From IMG/VR virus record IMGVR_UViG_3300020044_006473, positions 1-32,553 of that record: a DNA stretch of 32,553 nt. One strand, written 5' to 3'. The notes below the pieces were generated by a model. It was not told the origin of the DNA. It searched no databases and saw nothing but the letters and a program-made list of their open reading frames with translations. Position 1 is the first letter of the stretch. Each line of letters begins with the position of its first letter. Shown here in pieces: positions 1 through 9,487 of this stretch. Source of the stretch: a virus (Duplodnaviria > Caudoviricetes). A program made the translations under genes and the position numbers.

Positions 1-103
1 CTGCCAATATCCGAAAGTGCGATTCACCAACACTGAATGTCAGGATAGAGGAAGAATAGGGGAGGGGGGGGGTAGTGGGGTTGTGTGAGTGGTTTGTTGG
101 GGG

Positions 104-150
<47 letters not shown>

Positions 151-225
151 GAGCGCGCCCGCGCGGGGCCGGGGCGCCGCAACCTGGGGCGGCGAGGCCG
201 CCGTCGATCTGCTCGCCGTTTTGCG

Positions 226-459
226 GCCTGCGCTCGGCCGCCGCTCGGCCGCCCTGCGCTTGCCCGCCTGCGCTCGGGCCTACTGTCCTCCTGCGCTCGG
301 GGCGCCGTGAAGCCCGCCCGCGACGCCGCCGTGAAGCCCGCCCGAAGGCCTGCGAGATCGGGGCGCCTGCGCTCCAGGATAAGGTGCCTATGATTGTTGG
401 CCGTGCATAGGCCTTCGCATCTGGCGCCCGCTCGGGCCGTTGCGTGGCCGCCTGCGCTT
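226..459 (+). repeat. GC-rich non-coding imperfect direct-repeat cluster (CCTGCG core x7; CGCCGTGAAGCCCGCCCG x2)
   Basis: (G)CCTGCG(CTCGG) at about 226, 253, 266, 290, 348, 365 and 450; exact 18-mer at 303-320 and 327-344. Confidence 0.7.
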
Positions 460-628
460 GGGCCGCCGCCGTTCCCGGTGAAAAAAAAAATAAAAAAAAC
501 CCTTACCCCTCGGGGGACTCTCGGGGGGCTTGTCAAGGACATTGAGCAAACCCCATTGAAAAAAATAAAAGAATTTGCTCGTACCTAGGGGGAATGCGCC
601 CAGGGTTATCAGTACATCACCAACGCAT

Positions 629-877
629 ATGCGAATCACCCGAAAGGATATCGAAGCCGTCATCCGCGATCTCAACGAGCGTGGCGCCCTCTGCAACCCG
701 CCCCTTAAAAAATTTATGAGCGTCCGCTGGCAGGGCCGGGGATATCAGTTGACGATCGAGACCGCCAACTACGGCTGGCAGAAGTTTCCCCTCAACGACT
801 GTTCCATCCGTCCCGCAAAAGAATTTTATTCCCTTCTCCAGGGGATGGCCGCTATGATGCCGCCCGCTGGTAAGTAA
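629..877 (+). CDS. Hypothetical protein, first early gene (82 aa)
   Basis: ATG at 629 after a C/A-rich leader; same frame as ORF 575..877. Confidence 0.6.
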   Translation: MRITRKDIEAVIRDLNERGALCNPPLKKFMSVRWQGRGYQLTIETANYGWQKFPLNDCSIRPAKEFYSLLQGMAAMMPPAGK

Positions 878-898
878 CCTTTCCACCCCACAACAACA

Positions 899-1750
899 AT
901 GACCACCGAACCGAATATGCTCAAAATCAAGTTGAGCGTTGCCATCAACCACGCCGTGCAGATCGATATCGCGACCCTCAAGGCCGCCATCGCCTACCGC
1001 ACGGCCAAGGCGAAGTACGACGCCGCCATCAAGGCCATCCCGGTCACCAAGGCGGGCCGCATCCGCTTGCCCGACTGGCCCAAGTACGAGGAGGCCAAGC
1101 GGGCGTTCCACGCCGAGGCCTATGACAACTGGAAGGCCATCAATGATTGGCGCTCCCAGGCCGCCGTCGCGACCTACAAGAAGTACGCCGAGAATCTCTT
1201 CATTACCTTCATTGAATTCGCCCGCGACAAGCACGACTTCGCCGCCACCGATCTTTACAGGAAATTCCACGCCAACTGGTGCGCCGGGAATTTTATGGAA
1301 GGCACCCGCTTCGCCCGAGTCGAGGTGAAGATCGGTACCAAGGAGTACTCCGTTTTCCTCCATCCTTCGGACGAGCGAGAGCAGAAGATCGAGGGCTTCA
1401 AGTTCCACGGCTACCGCGACGGCAAGCCCCACATCTGCTGGGCCGATATCGAGGCCCGCACGGCCTACCGCAACTTCACGGACATTGAGGTCAAGGCGCC
1501 CTTCGTTCCCAGGGTGAAGGGTAGTTCGTTCGACTGCGACCACAACGACGCCCACGATCTCGCCGCCATCCTGTCCGTGGCCGCCAAGGCCGCCGATGTT
1601 GTCGCGGACTTCAATACGCATTGCCTCGGCGCTGACTTCGACTTCCGCACCCATCAAGAAGAGGTCATCAACGCCGCCATCGGGTTCCGGGTCTTCGGTT
1701 GGAATCACCCCGAGTTTGAGGAACCCGAGATCGCGAACACCGAGGCCTAA
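899..1750 (+). CDS. Hypothetical protein (283 aa)
   Basis: Long ORF with strong GC3 codon bias; leader CCACAACAACA-ATG. Confidence 0.85.
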   Translation: MTTEPNMLKIKLSVAINHAVQIDIATLKAAIAYRTAKAKYDAAIKAIPVTKAGRIRLPDWPKYEEAKRAFHAEAYDNWKAINDWRSQAAVATYKKYAENLFITFIEFARDKHDFAATDLYRKFHANWCAGNFMEGTRFARVEVKIGTKEYSVFLHPSDEREQKIEGFKFHGYRDGKPHICWADIEARTAYRNFTDIEVKAPFVPRVKGSSFDCDHNDAHDLAAILSVAAKAADVVADFNTHCLGADFDFRTHQEEVINAAIGFRVFGWNHPEFEEPEIANTEA

Positions 1751-1755
1751 CCCTT

Positions 1756-2046
1756 ATGCCCAACAAACCTATGACCAACCGAGACAAGATGAGGGAAAAC
1801 AACGCCGTCCAGGCCAAGGCCTCGATGGAGGCCACCCTGCTGGCGCTCGACGCCGCGACCACGGCGCTCTTCGCCGCCCAGCAGGCGTGGCAGGACGCCA
1901 AGAAGATCGCGGACGAGACGGATGGCGCCGGGTGGTTCCACTTCAAGACCAAGCGCGACGAGGCCTATGAGGCCGTCCTAGCCTGCCACGAAATGTGGCG
2001 GGCCTGCGACAAGGCGCTCCACGCCACCCGGTTCGCAACCCTCTGA
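1756..2046 (+). CDS. Hypothetical helical protein
   Basis: Tightly packed in the early operon; codon bias. Confidence 0.75.
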   Translation: MPNKPMTNRDKMRENNAVQAKASMEATLLALDAATTALFAAQQAWQDAKKIADETDGAGWFHFKTKRDEAYEAVLACHEMWRACDKALHATRFATL

Positions 2047-2058
2047 CCCAATATAAAA

Positions 2059-2331
2059 ATGAGCCAACCCAACAACACCCCTAGGGGGGAAGAAGATCAC
2101 GAAGCCAACGAGATTGCCTGCGAGGCCTTCAACGATTGCATCGCCGCCATCCAAGCCAAGATCGACCCGGACAACATCACGGACGGCGGCAACTGGGCCG
2201 CCGATTACTTCGAGCATCGTTGCGACGAATTCTTTGAGGCGCTCGCCGTGCTGTGCAAGTATACCGAAGACCACAAGGCCGCCGTCGCGGCGGTGAAGGC
2301 CCAGCGGGCCGAGGAGGAGAAGAGCAAATGA
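2059..2331 (+). CDS. Hypothetical acidic protein
   Basis: Operon packing; ATGA overlap with the next gene. Confidence 0.75.
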   Translation: MSQPNNTPRGEEDHEANEIACEAFNDCIAAIQAKIDPDNITDGGNWAADYFEHRCDEFFEALAVLCKYTEDHKAAVAAVKAQRAEEEKSK

Positions 2332-2558
2332 GCCGCAAGACAACCACCCACGCCCAGGCCTCGGCGCTCCTTGAGCGCTACAGGCTGGCGGTCATCGCCT
2401 ACCGGGCGGCCATCTACTCGATCTCCTACAGGATGAGCGGCTCCCCTAACTTCGGCGAGATTCCTCTTCGCTATGTTGAGGAGTACGAGCGGGCCAGGCT
2501 GGCCCTCTTGGAGGCCGAGCGTGAAGTCGAAGACAACCGATTCTCCTTTAAAAAATGA
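2328..2558 (+). CDS. Hypothetical protein
   Basis: ATGA start/stop overlaps at both ends (2328-2331, 2555-2558). Confidence 0.7.
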   Translation: MSRKTTTHAQASALLERYRLAVIAYRAAIYSISYRMSGSPNFGEIPLRYVEEYERARLALLEAEREVEDNRFSFKK

Positions 2559-2746
2559 GCGTCGCGATTTTACCCCACCGGGTGCTTTCAATGCTCAACG
2601 GCCGAGAGGAGATCGACTTCTCCCGAGCCGTTGACATCCTCCTGGAGATCGAGGCCCGCCCCGACCTCTACCTCACAACCGGGTCGGCCTGCGCCGCCTA
2701 TGAAGTCATCCGCGACTGGGTTGAAGGAGGCCGCTCCTATGACTGA
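2555..2746 (+). CDS. Hypothetical protein
   Basis: ATGA-coupled start. Confidence 0.65.
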   Translation: MSVAILPHRVLSMLNGREEIDFSRAVDILLEIEARPDLYLTTGSACAAYEVIRDWVEGGRSYD

Positions 2747-2957
2747 TGACCCGCTGATGGCCGCCTATGTGTTCGTCCAAGTATGGGGCGAGGCAACCCC
2801 TGCGGCCGGGGTGGGCAATTACACCCGCAAGCGCCTCAACCAGTCGCGGGAGGAATTCATCCTTGCCACGGCCCATCTATACCCTAACCGAAAGACCGAC
2901 GATCTTACCCTGCTGTCCCAGGCCCGAGAGATCGTGGACGGCATCTTCATCTCCTAA
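2739..2957 (+). CDS. Hypothetical protein
   Basis: ATG at 2739 overlaps the upstream stop region; GGAGG lies just upstream. Confidence 0.65.
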   Translation: MTDDPLMAAYVFVQVWGEATPAAGVGNYTRKRLNQSREEFILATAHLYPNRKTDDLTLLSQAREIVDGIFIS

Positions 2958-2963
2958 CCACCA

Positions 2964-3173
2964 ATGAAAAATAAAAAGAAAGCCGCACCCGCCCCGGCGG
3001 GGGAAGAAAACCCTGTCCGCGCCCTCGGCCTGCACATCGCTGGCCTCCGTGCGGGCATCCTGGACCACAAGCCCCAGCCCGACAGCCCCGCCCAGCGGGT
3101 TGCCGATCTGCTCGGACAGGCCGCCTACATCCTCCTCAACCCTCCCACCAACAATGGAACCGAACAAAAATAA
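2964..3173 (+). CDS. Hypothetical protein
   Basis: Leader TAACCACCA-ATG; operon packing. Confidence 0.65.
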   Translation: MKNKKKAAPAPAGEENPVRALGLHIAGLRAGILDHKPQPDSPAQRVADLLGQAAYILLNPPTNNGTEQK

Positions 3174-3363
3174 AAGCCCCATTGAGGGCGGCTACTTCAT
3201 CCCAAACAATGACTGGGAAGCGCTTGCGGATGTCCTAGACCAGATTGCCTCGGACACCATCAAAGGTTCGGCCGCTGGGTCGCCCCGGCGCATCCTCGCC
3301 CTGCGCCTCCGTGGTGTGGCTGACTTCGCCCGCGACCCCTTCAACGAGGCCAAGATTAAATGA
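3154..3363 (+). CDS. Hypothetical protein
   Basis: Leader CCCACCAACA-ATG; ATGA overlap with the next gene. Confidence 0.65.
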   Translation: MEPNKNKSPIEGGYFIPNNDWEALADVLDQIASDTIKGSAAGSPRRILALRLRGVADFARDPFNEAKIK

Positions 3364-3842
3364 GCCACCCTATTGCCCTGCTGTCCTATGTTGGCGCCGC
3401 CTTCCTGGCGGGCCGCGACGATGCCTACCGCTCCACGATGGCCCACTTCCACCTTGTGGAAGCCGTGGGACAGGTGGAGAGCGGGATGAACCACTACGCC
3501 GTGGGAGATCACGGCGCCGCCGTGGGCGCTTGGCAGATGCACCCGGCCGCCTGGATTGATGGCAACCGCCAATTGAAAAAAGAAGGCCAGAAGATGTACC
3601 CTCGGGGGGACTATATGAACCCCAAGGCGTCGCGGGCCGTGGCCTCCGCTTACCTCCGCTTGTGCGGGGCTAGGCTCCGGGAGGGCGGCATCAAGAACCC
3701 TTCGCCCCAGCAGTACTATCTCTGCTTTGCGATGGGATACCAGTCCTTTAAGGACGCCGGGTTCGACCCTGCCCGATGCCCCAAGTACAAGGTTGACGCC
3801 GCTATTCGGGTTGGGCATATCTTTGCGAATGCCACCCAGTAA
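3360..3842 (+). CDS. Lysozyme-like / lytic transglycosylase-family protein, possible endolysin
   Basis: Catalytic QVESG motif, then AVGDHGAAVGAWQMHP (GxxQ motif); hydrophobic N-terminus. Confidence 0.75.
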   Translation: MSHPIALLSYVGAAFLAGRDDAYRSTMAHFHLVEAVGQVESGMNHYAVGDHGAAVGAWQMHPAAWIDGNRQLKKEGQKMYPRGDYMNPKASRAVASAYLRLCGARLREGGIKNPSPQQYYLCFAMGYQSFKDAGFDPARCPKYKVDAAIRVGHIFANATQ

Positions 3843-4092
3843 AGAGACATATTATCGGCTTCTTGAAGATCAAAACAACGAACTAGAAGAGATGTGTTCC
3901 CTACAAGCGCAGGAGATGGAGAAACTCCAGGCCGAGGTATCGGCATATAAAAAGAAACTGGCCGCCGCAAAGAGGGCGGGGGAGCGTCTTCACGCCTTCA
4001 TTGACGAACTGATCTGCGCCGACCTGGTCCACGATGAGTTGCTGGACAAGGCCAACAAGGTCTCGGACAACTGGGAGGTAAAGGGCCGATGA
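3829..4092 (+). CDS. Small coiled-coil protein
   Basis: ATG at 3829; heptad pattern followed by KRAGERL; coupled to the next gene. Confidence 0.65.
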   Translation: MPPSKETYYRLLEDQNNELEEMCSLQAQEMEKLQAEVSAYKKKLAAAKRAGERLHAFIDELICADLVHDELLDKANKVSDNWEVKGR

Positions 4093-4532
4093 TTGCTTAC
4101 CTTGCCATCGACCCCGGCGCCTCGGGCGGCCTAGCCCTGTATAAAAAAGATGGCACTATCGAGGTACACCCCCTGCCCTCTTTGACCTACGATTCCCTCT
4201 CTGAAATTGTTATAGATCAGTACACAGTCATCATCGAAGATGTCCCGAAGTTTGCAGGGAGGATGATTCCATCGTCGTCCACCGCGACCCTGCACTTCGG
4301 CTACGGCTACCTCTGCGGCCACTTTGAGGCCCGAGGCTACCGGGTCATCAAGGTGCCTCCGCAGACCTGGCAGAAGACCATCGGCATCGGAAAGAAGGGT
4401 GACCTGTCTTCTGCCCAATGGAAACGGAAACTTCGCGACGAGGCCCAGCGCCGCCACCCCTCTCTTAAAGTCACGCTCGATACCGCAGACGCACTTTTGC
4501 TTCTTGACCACGCCCGCCAACATAACCTTTAA
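4089..4532 (+). CDS. RuvC-like Holliday junction resolvase
   Basis: AIDPGASGG, IIEDV, PQTWQK and ADALLL acidic motifs of the RNase H-like RuvC fold. Confidence 0.85.
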   Translation: MIAYLAIDPGASGGLALYKKDGTIEVHPLPSLTYDSLSEIVIDQYTVIIEDVPKFAGRMIPSSSTATLHFGYGYLCGHFEARGYRVIKVPPQTWQKTIGIGKKGDLSSAQWKRKLRDEAQRRHPSLKVTLDTADALLLLDHARQHNL

Positions 4533-4542
4533 TCAAAATCCA

Positions 4543-4749
4543 ATGCTAAAGAAACTCAACAAACAGCCACCCGCAAAGATCGTAGCCTCCATTCCCGAGA
4601 CCGCCTATATGGTCTCCAAGGACGGCCGGGTCTTCCGCGAACTCAAGCCTACTGTCATCCAGGAACGCCACTACTACAACATCGTCCTCGATGGTGTGTT
4701 GCGTCGCGTCTCCAAGAAGGAACTCATCGAGGTTGCTTCCAATGTCTGA
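4543..4749 (+). CDS. Small protein with a NUMOD4-like motif
   Basis: IPETAYMVSKDGRVF...LKP resembles NUMOD4; no HNH domain follows. Confidence 0.55.
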   Translation: MLKKLNKQPPAKIVASIPETAYMVSKDGRVFRELKPTVIQERHYYNIVLDGVLRRVSKKELIEVASNV

Positions 4750-5467
4750 CGAGATCATCCCAGTCCCGGCCTCCACGCTCGATGTCTACGACAGGATGAG
4801 CGACCCTCTGGCCGCCATCAAGACCCTAGGGGGGGCTATTTTCAAGTCTGGCATCTTCGGCCTGGACAAGCCCGAGCAGGGCGAAGTGCTGGCGATGCAA
4901 TGCCTCGCCGAGCGCAAGTCCCCGCTGGAACTGGCGCGCACCTACCACTTCATCCAGGGCCAGTTGGCTATCCGCTCGGACGCCCTGCTCGCCAAGTTCC
5001 ACCAAGCCGGGGGAAGCGTCACCTGGCAGAAGCGTACTGACAGCGAGGTGGAAGCCACCTTTAAGCGAGGCACATCGTATGCCAACATCGTTGCCACGAT
5101 GGATGAGTACATCGCCAACGGCACGGCCACCAAGGCCGACGGCAAGACCCTCAAGGACAACTGGCGCAAGTGGCCTCGTCGGATGCTGACCGCCCGCGCG
5201 ATCTCCGAGGGCGTCCGTCTCGTTGCGCCCGAGTGTTGCTTCGGCGTCTATGTGGCCGAGGAGATTGAGTCCAAGAATCTGGAAGTTGTTCCTACCACCC
5301 TTTCGGATATCATCCCTCCGGGTAAGGTGAGCCAAGCCATCGCCCTCCTCGTCAAGGCAGGCCATCTTACTGATGGTGACTCCCTGGACGATGTGTCCGC
5401 TGATACTGTTGCCTCCATCCTCAAGAAGCCGCAGGCCTTTCTCGACGCCCTCAACAAATCCCTATGA
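4742..5467 (+). CDS. RecT/Red-beta-like ssDNA annealing protein
   Basis: NWRKWPRRMLTARAISEGVRLVAP...GVYVAEE signature; adjacent to the exonuclease. Confidence 0.8.
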   Translation: MSDEIIPVPASTLDVYDRMSDPLAAIKTLGGAIFKSGIFGLDKPEQGEVLAMQCLAERKSPLELARTYHFIQGQLAIRSDALLAKFHQAGGSVTWQKRTDSEVEATFKRGTSYANIVATMDEYIANGTATKADGKTLKDNWRKWPRRMLTARAISEGVRLVAPECCFGVYVAEEIESKNLEVVPTTLSDIIPPGKVSQAIALLVKAGHLTDGDSLDDVSADTVASILKKPQAFLDALNKSL

Positions 5468-6237
5468 CCGACCAAGAATATCGAGCGCTGGAAGCGCTTA
5501 ACTACAGCGGTGCGAAGTCCCTACTTCGTTCACCCGGCCACTACCGCAGTTCGCTGACGGAAGAAAAAAAGGACAGCCCTGCGATGCAACTGGGGCGGGT
5601 TGTTCACCTTGCCGCCCTCCAGCCCGAACTCCTCGCCGAGCGGGTGGTTGTGCTTCCCCCGATGGATCGCCGCACCAAGGAAGGCAAGGCCGCCTACGAG
5701 GCCGTGATGTCTTCCGTCAAGGAAGGCCAGGAAGTAGTCAGCCAGGACATTTTCGATGATGCGAAGCGCATCGCCGAGGCCTCTCGCGTGGCGATCAAGT
5801 CCATCAATTACGACATCTGCTCCGCAGAGCAGACCTTCGTCAAGGATGTGGGCAATGTGAAGATCAAGGGCCGCATCGACCTTATGCTCTGGGACAGCAA
5901 CAACGAGACCAGCATCGTTGACCTCAAGACTACCCAGGACGCCAGCCCTGCGGCCTTTGCTCGGGATGTTGTCAACTTCAAGTACCATCTCCAGGCCGCT
6001 TGGTATATGCGCCTCACCGGGGCGAAGAAGTTCTACATCGTTGCCCAAGAAAAAGAATTGCCCTGCGCGAACAGGGTGTACACCCTTGATGAAGCCGCCC
6101 TCGCCGAGGGCAACCGACTGATGGACGAGGCGCTCGCCTTGTACGCCCAATGCGTTGCCTTTGATTCTTGGCCGACCTACACCAAGGACATCACCGAACT
6201 CTCCCTCCCCAAGTGGGCCTTTTCCACCAACCAGTAA
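5464..6237 (+). CDS. RecE/exonuclease VIII-like PD-(D/E)XK nuclease
   Basis: KGRID, IVDLKTT, YHLQAAWY; N-terminal Y..L.ALNYS pattern. Confidence 0.85.
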   Translation: MTDQEYRALEALNYSGAKSLLRSPGHYRSSLTEEKKDSPAMQLGRVVHLAALQPELLAERVVVLPPMDRRTKEGKAAYEAVMSSVKEGQEVVSQDIFDDAKRIAEASRVAIKSINYDICSAEQTFVKDVGNVKIKGRIDLMLWDSNNETSIVDLKTTQDASPAAFARDVVNFKYHLQAAWYMRLTGAKKFYIVAQEKELPCANRVYTLDEAALAEGNRLMDEALALYAQCVAFDSWPTYTKDITELSLPKWAFSTNQ

Positions 6238-6255
6238 TACCAACCAAGCACACAT

Positions 6256-6705
6256 ATGTCGTTCAAGTTCAACCCCAACGCCGCTGAAGAAAAGAAGTAC
6301 ATCAGCAAGCCCGGCACCTACGAGGTCATCGTGAAGTCCTTCACGGCCCAGTATATGCCGCCCCGCGCCGACTTCTACGCTCGCATCGCCCTGGCTAACG
6401 CCGAAGGCGAAGTCGTGTTCGCTGATATCTTCAGCAAGCCCGAGAAGAACGGCGAGTACAACCGCCTCAACGAGTATGTTGCGGCCACCGCCTCCAAGGA
6501 GGAGATCGATGGCTACATCTCTCGCGGCGAGTTCGATATCGATGAGGAGTGGGTCAAGTCCGTTGTTGAGCGCTCCATCGGCCGTCGTCTCAAGGTGAAG
6601 GTCACCGAGCGCAAGTACATGAAGAAGGACGGCACGGAAGGCGTGGCCTACCAAGGCTCGTTCTTCGTGCGCCTCCCCAGCGGCCCCGAAGGCAACCCCT
6701 TCTAA
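6256..6705 (+). CDS. Putative ssDNA-binding protein (DUF669-like)
   Basis: PGTYEVIV motif, C-terminal PF, position between the recombination genes and the helicase. Confidence 0.65.
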   Translation: MSFKFNPNAAEEKKYISKPGTYEVIVKSFTAQYMPPRADFYARIALANAEGEVVFADIFSKPEKNGEYNRLNEYVAATASKEEIDGYISRGEFDIDEEWVKSVVERSIGRRLKVKVTERKYMKKDGTEGVAYQGSFFVRLPSGPEGNPF

Positions 6706-6710
6706 TCCAG

Positions 6711-8174
6711 ATGTCGGCTACTGCCACCCAGCCGACCCTGCGTCCGTATCAAGAGCAAGCCGTCCAGGCTTGCGTTGATGCGTTGTCCAAAGATGTCAAC
6801 CCGCTCCTAGTCGCTCCGACTGGGGCCGGGAAGACTGTAATGGCTTGCGAACTGATGCGCCGTTGGCAGACGGCCACAGGTCGCGAGTGTTACTTCTTCG
6901 CCCACCGCGAAGAACTACTTTCCCAAGCCCAAGCCGCGATGGATCGCTTCGGCGTCCGTGGCAAGGCTCTCTCCGTATTCAAGAAGCAGTTCGATGACTA
7001 TCCCGGCCGAGCGGATGCCTTATGCGTCTTCGACGAAGCGCATCACGCTGTAGCCACATCCTGGAAGAATGTCTCCACAACCTTCCAAGGCCCGAAGGTG
7101 GCAATCACCGCCACGCCAGACCGACTGGACAACCAGCGCCTAGAGGGCGCCGGGTTCACCCAGGTACACCAGATCGAGATTCAACGCCTCATCAAGGACG
7201 GCTACCTAGTCCGTCCGATGGCGCAGAAACTCCCTCTTTCTATCTGCGACAACATCATTGAGAACTATGACGACGCCATTGAGGCTGTTGCCAAGTCCGT
7301 GGTCGAGCAGTTTGTCCATTTTAACCGCCAGCGGGCGATGGTCTTTCTCCCCAGCGTTGACTCGTCCAGGCGCTTCAGCGCCGAACTCCGCAAGTTGGGC
7401 TATGACTCCTCTCACCTGGACGGCACATCGGGCAAGTTGCGCGGTATGTCCGTTGATGACTTCAAGTCTGGTCTAACCAAGTTTATGTGCAATGTGGCGC
7501 TGTTCACCGAGGGCTTCGATTGCCCAGAAGTGGACTGCGTTGTCCTCCTGCGTGAGACCAAGTCCCGCGCCTTGTGGTCACAGATGATTGGCCGTGGCCT
7601 CCGCACGGCTCCGGGCAAGACCGATTGCCTCATCCTCGACCCGATGTGGGTGAGCGGTACGCATACCCTCGCCCCAGGCGATGCCTTCACCCAGCACCCA
7701 GAATCCCGGTGCAAGCAGAGCCTTGGCCTATCAGACCCCCTAGGGGAGGCTGAAATGACCGACCAGGACGCCGAGCAGAAGTTGCTTGAGAAGATCAAGC
7801 GCATCGAGCGCCAACAGGCCAGGGAGGAAGCCAAGAACCGAGGTCTGCTCGATCTGTCCGTGGTCACCCCTCTCTTCGGCTTCACGCCGCCTCCCACCGA
7901 GTCCACGGAGGCAATGACGGCCAACCAGAAGAACACCCTGGAGCGCTTCCAAATCTACGCCCCTGCGGATCTCCCGCTGGAACACGCCGCCTACATCATC
8001 CACAAGATGACGGAGCGCCAGCGCCTTGGTCTAGCCACGGCGAAGCAAGTCCGCAAGTTGCGTCAGTTCGGCCACCGCAAGGCGAACACCTACACCATCG
8101 ACCAAGCCAGTAAGGCCATCGGCACCGACTGGCGCATCACCGGGCGCACCCGCGCTCGCAAAATTTTCCGATGA
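6711..8174 (+). CDS. Superfamily 2 (DEAH) DNA helicase
   Basis: LRPYQ, APTGAGKT, DEAHH, TATP, TEGFD, QMIGRGLR. Confidence 0.93.
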   Translation: MSATATQPTLRPYQEQAVQACVDALSKDVNPLLVAPTGAGKTVMACELMRRWQTATGRECYFFAHREELLSQAQAAMDRFGVRGKALSVFKKQFDDYPGRADALCVFDEAHHAVATSWKNVSTTFQGPKVAITATPDRLDNQRLEGAGFTQVHQIEIQRLIKDGYLVRPMAQKLPLSICDNIIENYDDAIEAVAKSVVEQFVHFNRQRAMVFLPSVDSSRRFSAELRKLGYDSSHLDGTSGKLRGMSVDDFKSGLTKFMCNVALFTEGFDCPEVDCVVLLRETKSRALWSQMIGRGLRTAPGKTDCLILDPMWVSGTHTLAPGDAFTQHPESRCKQSLGLSDPLGEAEMTDQDAEQKLLEKIKRIERQQAREEAKNRGLLDLSVVTPLFGFTPPPTESTEAMTANQKNTLERFQIYAPADLPLEHAAYIIHKMTERQRLGLATAKQVRKLRQFGHRKANTYTIDQASKAIGTDWRITGRTRARKIFR

Positions 8175-8515
8175 GTAACGACGAAGATTTGATGGACATC
8201 ATCACGCGACAGCGTCTTACTATCTATCACCAGGAGCGCCGCATCGAAGGTCTAGAACTCTCACTTTCCAAAGCCACCCAAATGAACCCAAACGACATCA
8301 TCAATCAAGCCTTCGTGCAGTTGCAGACGAGCAACGCTCTGATGGCTTCCAAACTCCGCATCGAGCAGTTGGAGAAGGAGAACTCCCTTCTCAAGACTCG
8401 CGGCGGCGTCCTGTGCCAGATTGTTACCGATCTCTCGCACTACGCCCCGGCTAACGCGATCACCGAAGCGGTGGTTAAGGAGGCGCTGAAGAAGTGGTAC
8501 GAGACCAATGCCTGA
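8171..8515 (+). CDS. Coiled-coil hypothetical protein (alternative start 8282)
   Basis: ATGA-coupled start; second in-frame ATG at 8282 with an AAGCCACCCA leader. Confidence 0.7.
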   Translation: MSNDEDLMDIITRQRLTIYHQERRIEGLELSLSKATQMNPNDIINQAFVQLQTSNALMASKLRIEQLEKENSLLKTRGGVLCQIVTDLSHYAPANAITEAVVKEALKKWYETNA

Positions 8516-8750
8516 TATGGATATCACGATTAAGTACGAGCATTTCAACAGCCTCAACAAGAATGTCCTGCGCCTGGGCAACGAGGTTCGGGAACTGACC
8601 GAGAAACTCAAGAAGGCTGAACGCCGTGCCGAGTCCCTACGCGAAGCCGGGGACGAGGTCTGGTATTGCTATCGCCACCGGGAGCCATTGGCCGACGCCA
8701 TTGCCGAGTGGGTTGAGGCGCGCGATGGTCTGAAAGGAGACCAGCCGTGA
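8508..8750 (+). CDS. Small coiled-coil protein
   Basis: Operon packing; LREAGDE motif. Confidence 0.7.
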   Translation: MPDMDITIKYEHFNSLNKNVLRLGNEVRELTEKLKKAERRAESLREAGDEVWYCYRHREPLADAIAEWVEARDGLKGDQP

Positions 8751-9082
8751 GCCGTTTTGAAGCCATTGGTAATTTCGTCTACGAGAAAGGCGAGCGCATC
8801 GGATGCACAGTTGGTGAAGCCAACCTTGAACTTGCGCGCAAACTCAACGCATACCAGATGAGGGTTGACCGCCTCAAGGCCGAGGTCGAGCGGCTCCGTG
8901 CCTCGTCCTTCGTGACCGCCGTGCCTGTCGAGCAATACGAGCGACTCCGCAAGGCCGGGGATGCGATGGCTTCCTCTATCCAGTTCAACGAGGAGATGGC
9001 AAAGGACTACAACGGCCCAACCATCGTCCACCAATCCGTCAAAGCGTGGAACGCCGCCAAGGAGGGCAAGCCGAGCGTATGA
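8747..9082 (+). CDS. Small coiled-coil protein
   Basis: GTGA-coupled start; LKAEVERLR and LRKAGDAM motifs. Confidence 0.7.
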   Translation: MSRFEAIGNFVYEKGERIGCTVGEANLELARKLNAYQMRVDRLKAEVERLRASSFVTAVPVEQYERLRKAGDAMASSIQFNEEMAKDYNGPTIVHQSVKAWNAAKEGKPSV

Positions 9083-9375
9083 GCGACGATATGTACCAAG
9101 ATATCTTTGAGAAGATTGTACTCCTAGAGGCCGAGAACGAGCGCCTTAAAGCCGAACTCAAGTTCTCCGAGCATCGGATGATCGCCCTCGCGGAGGCGCT
9201 GGCCGACACCCGCCTGGGCTATCAAAAGAAGATTGAAATTCTCAAGGAGAAGCGTTCCTATCTGAAGCGTGACCAAGGCACGAACAAAGCGGATAACAAG
9301 GGAAAACCTTCCAGACCTGGAGTGGATGGCAAAATCGTTAGGCATAAGCCTAGCAAAGGCCGAGGAACTTATTAA
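9079..9375 (+). CDS. Coiled-coil hypothetical protein
   Basis: ATGA-coupled start at 9079 (MSDDMYQ). Confidence 0.6.
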   Translation: MSDDMYQDIFEKIVLLEAENERLKAELKFSEHRMIALAEALADTRLGYQKKIEILKEKRSYLKRDQGTNKADNKGKPSRPGVDGKIVRHKPSKGRGTY

Positions 9376-9487
9376 TGTCCCAACCTTCACCTGTCCCGAA
9401 CCCAAGCCGGGAGAGCGCCGTATCAAGCCGAAAGACCGACGGCTTGCCAGCCCTAGGGAGGGCGATCATGGCGGCGAAGAAGGGTAA
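9269..9487 (+). CDS. Possible small DNA-binding protein (overlapping ORF)
   Basis: LEWMAKSLGISLAKAEELI is HTH-like; overlaps both neighbours. Confidence 0.45.
   Translation: MTKARTKRITRENLPDLEWMAKSLGISLAKAEELINVPTFTCPEPKPGERRIKPKDRRLASPREGDHGGEEG

Noticed and set aside
226-459. Possible mini-CRISPR array
   Set aside because: Repeats are short, degenerate and irregularly spaced, with no spacer-sized unique units.
500-536. Leftward sigma70 promoter from TTGACA at 536-531
   Set aside because: No -10 hexamer at 16-18 nt and no match to the late element.
617-1708. Long antisense ORFs (also 5530-6654, 25176-26045, 27873-28703, 29734-30528)
   Set aside because: Shadow frames expected from strong GC3 bias of the real genes on the opposite strand; no motifs.
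4543-4749. HNH homing endonuclease
   Set aside because: Only a NUMOD4-like segment is present, with no HNH catalytic motif.
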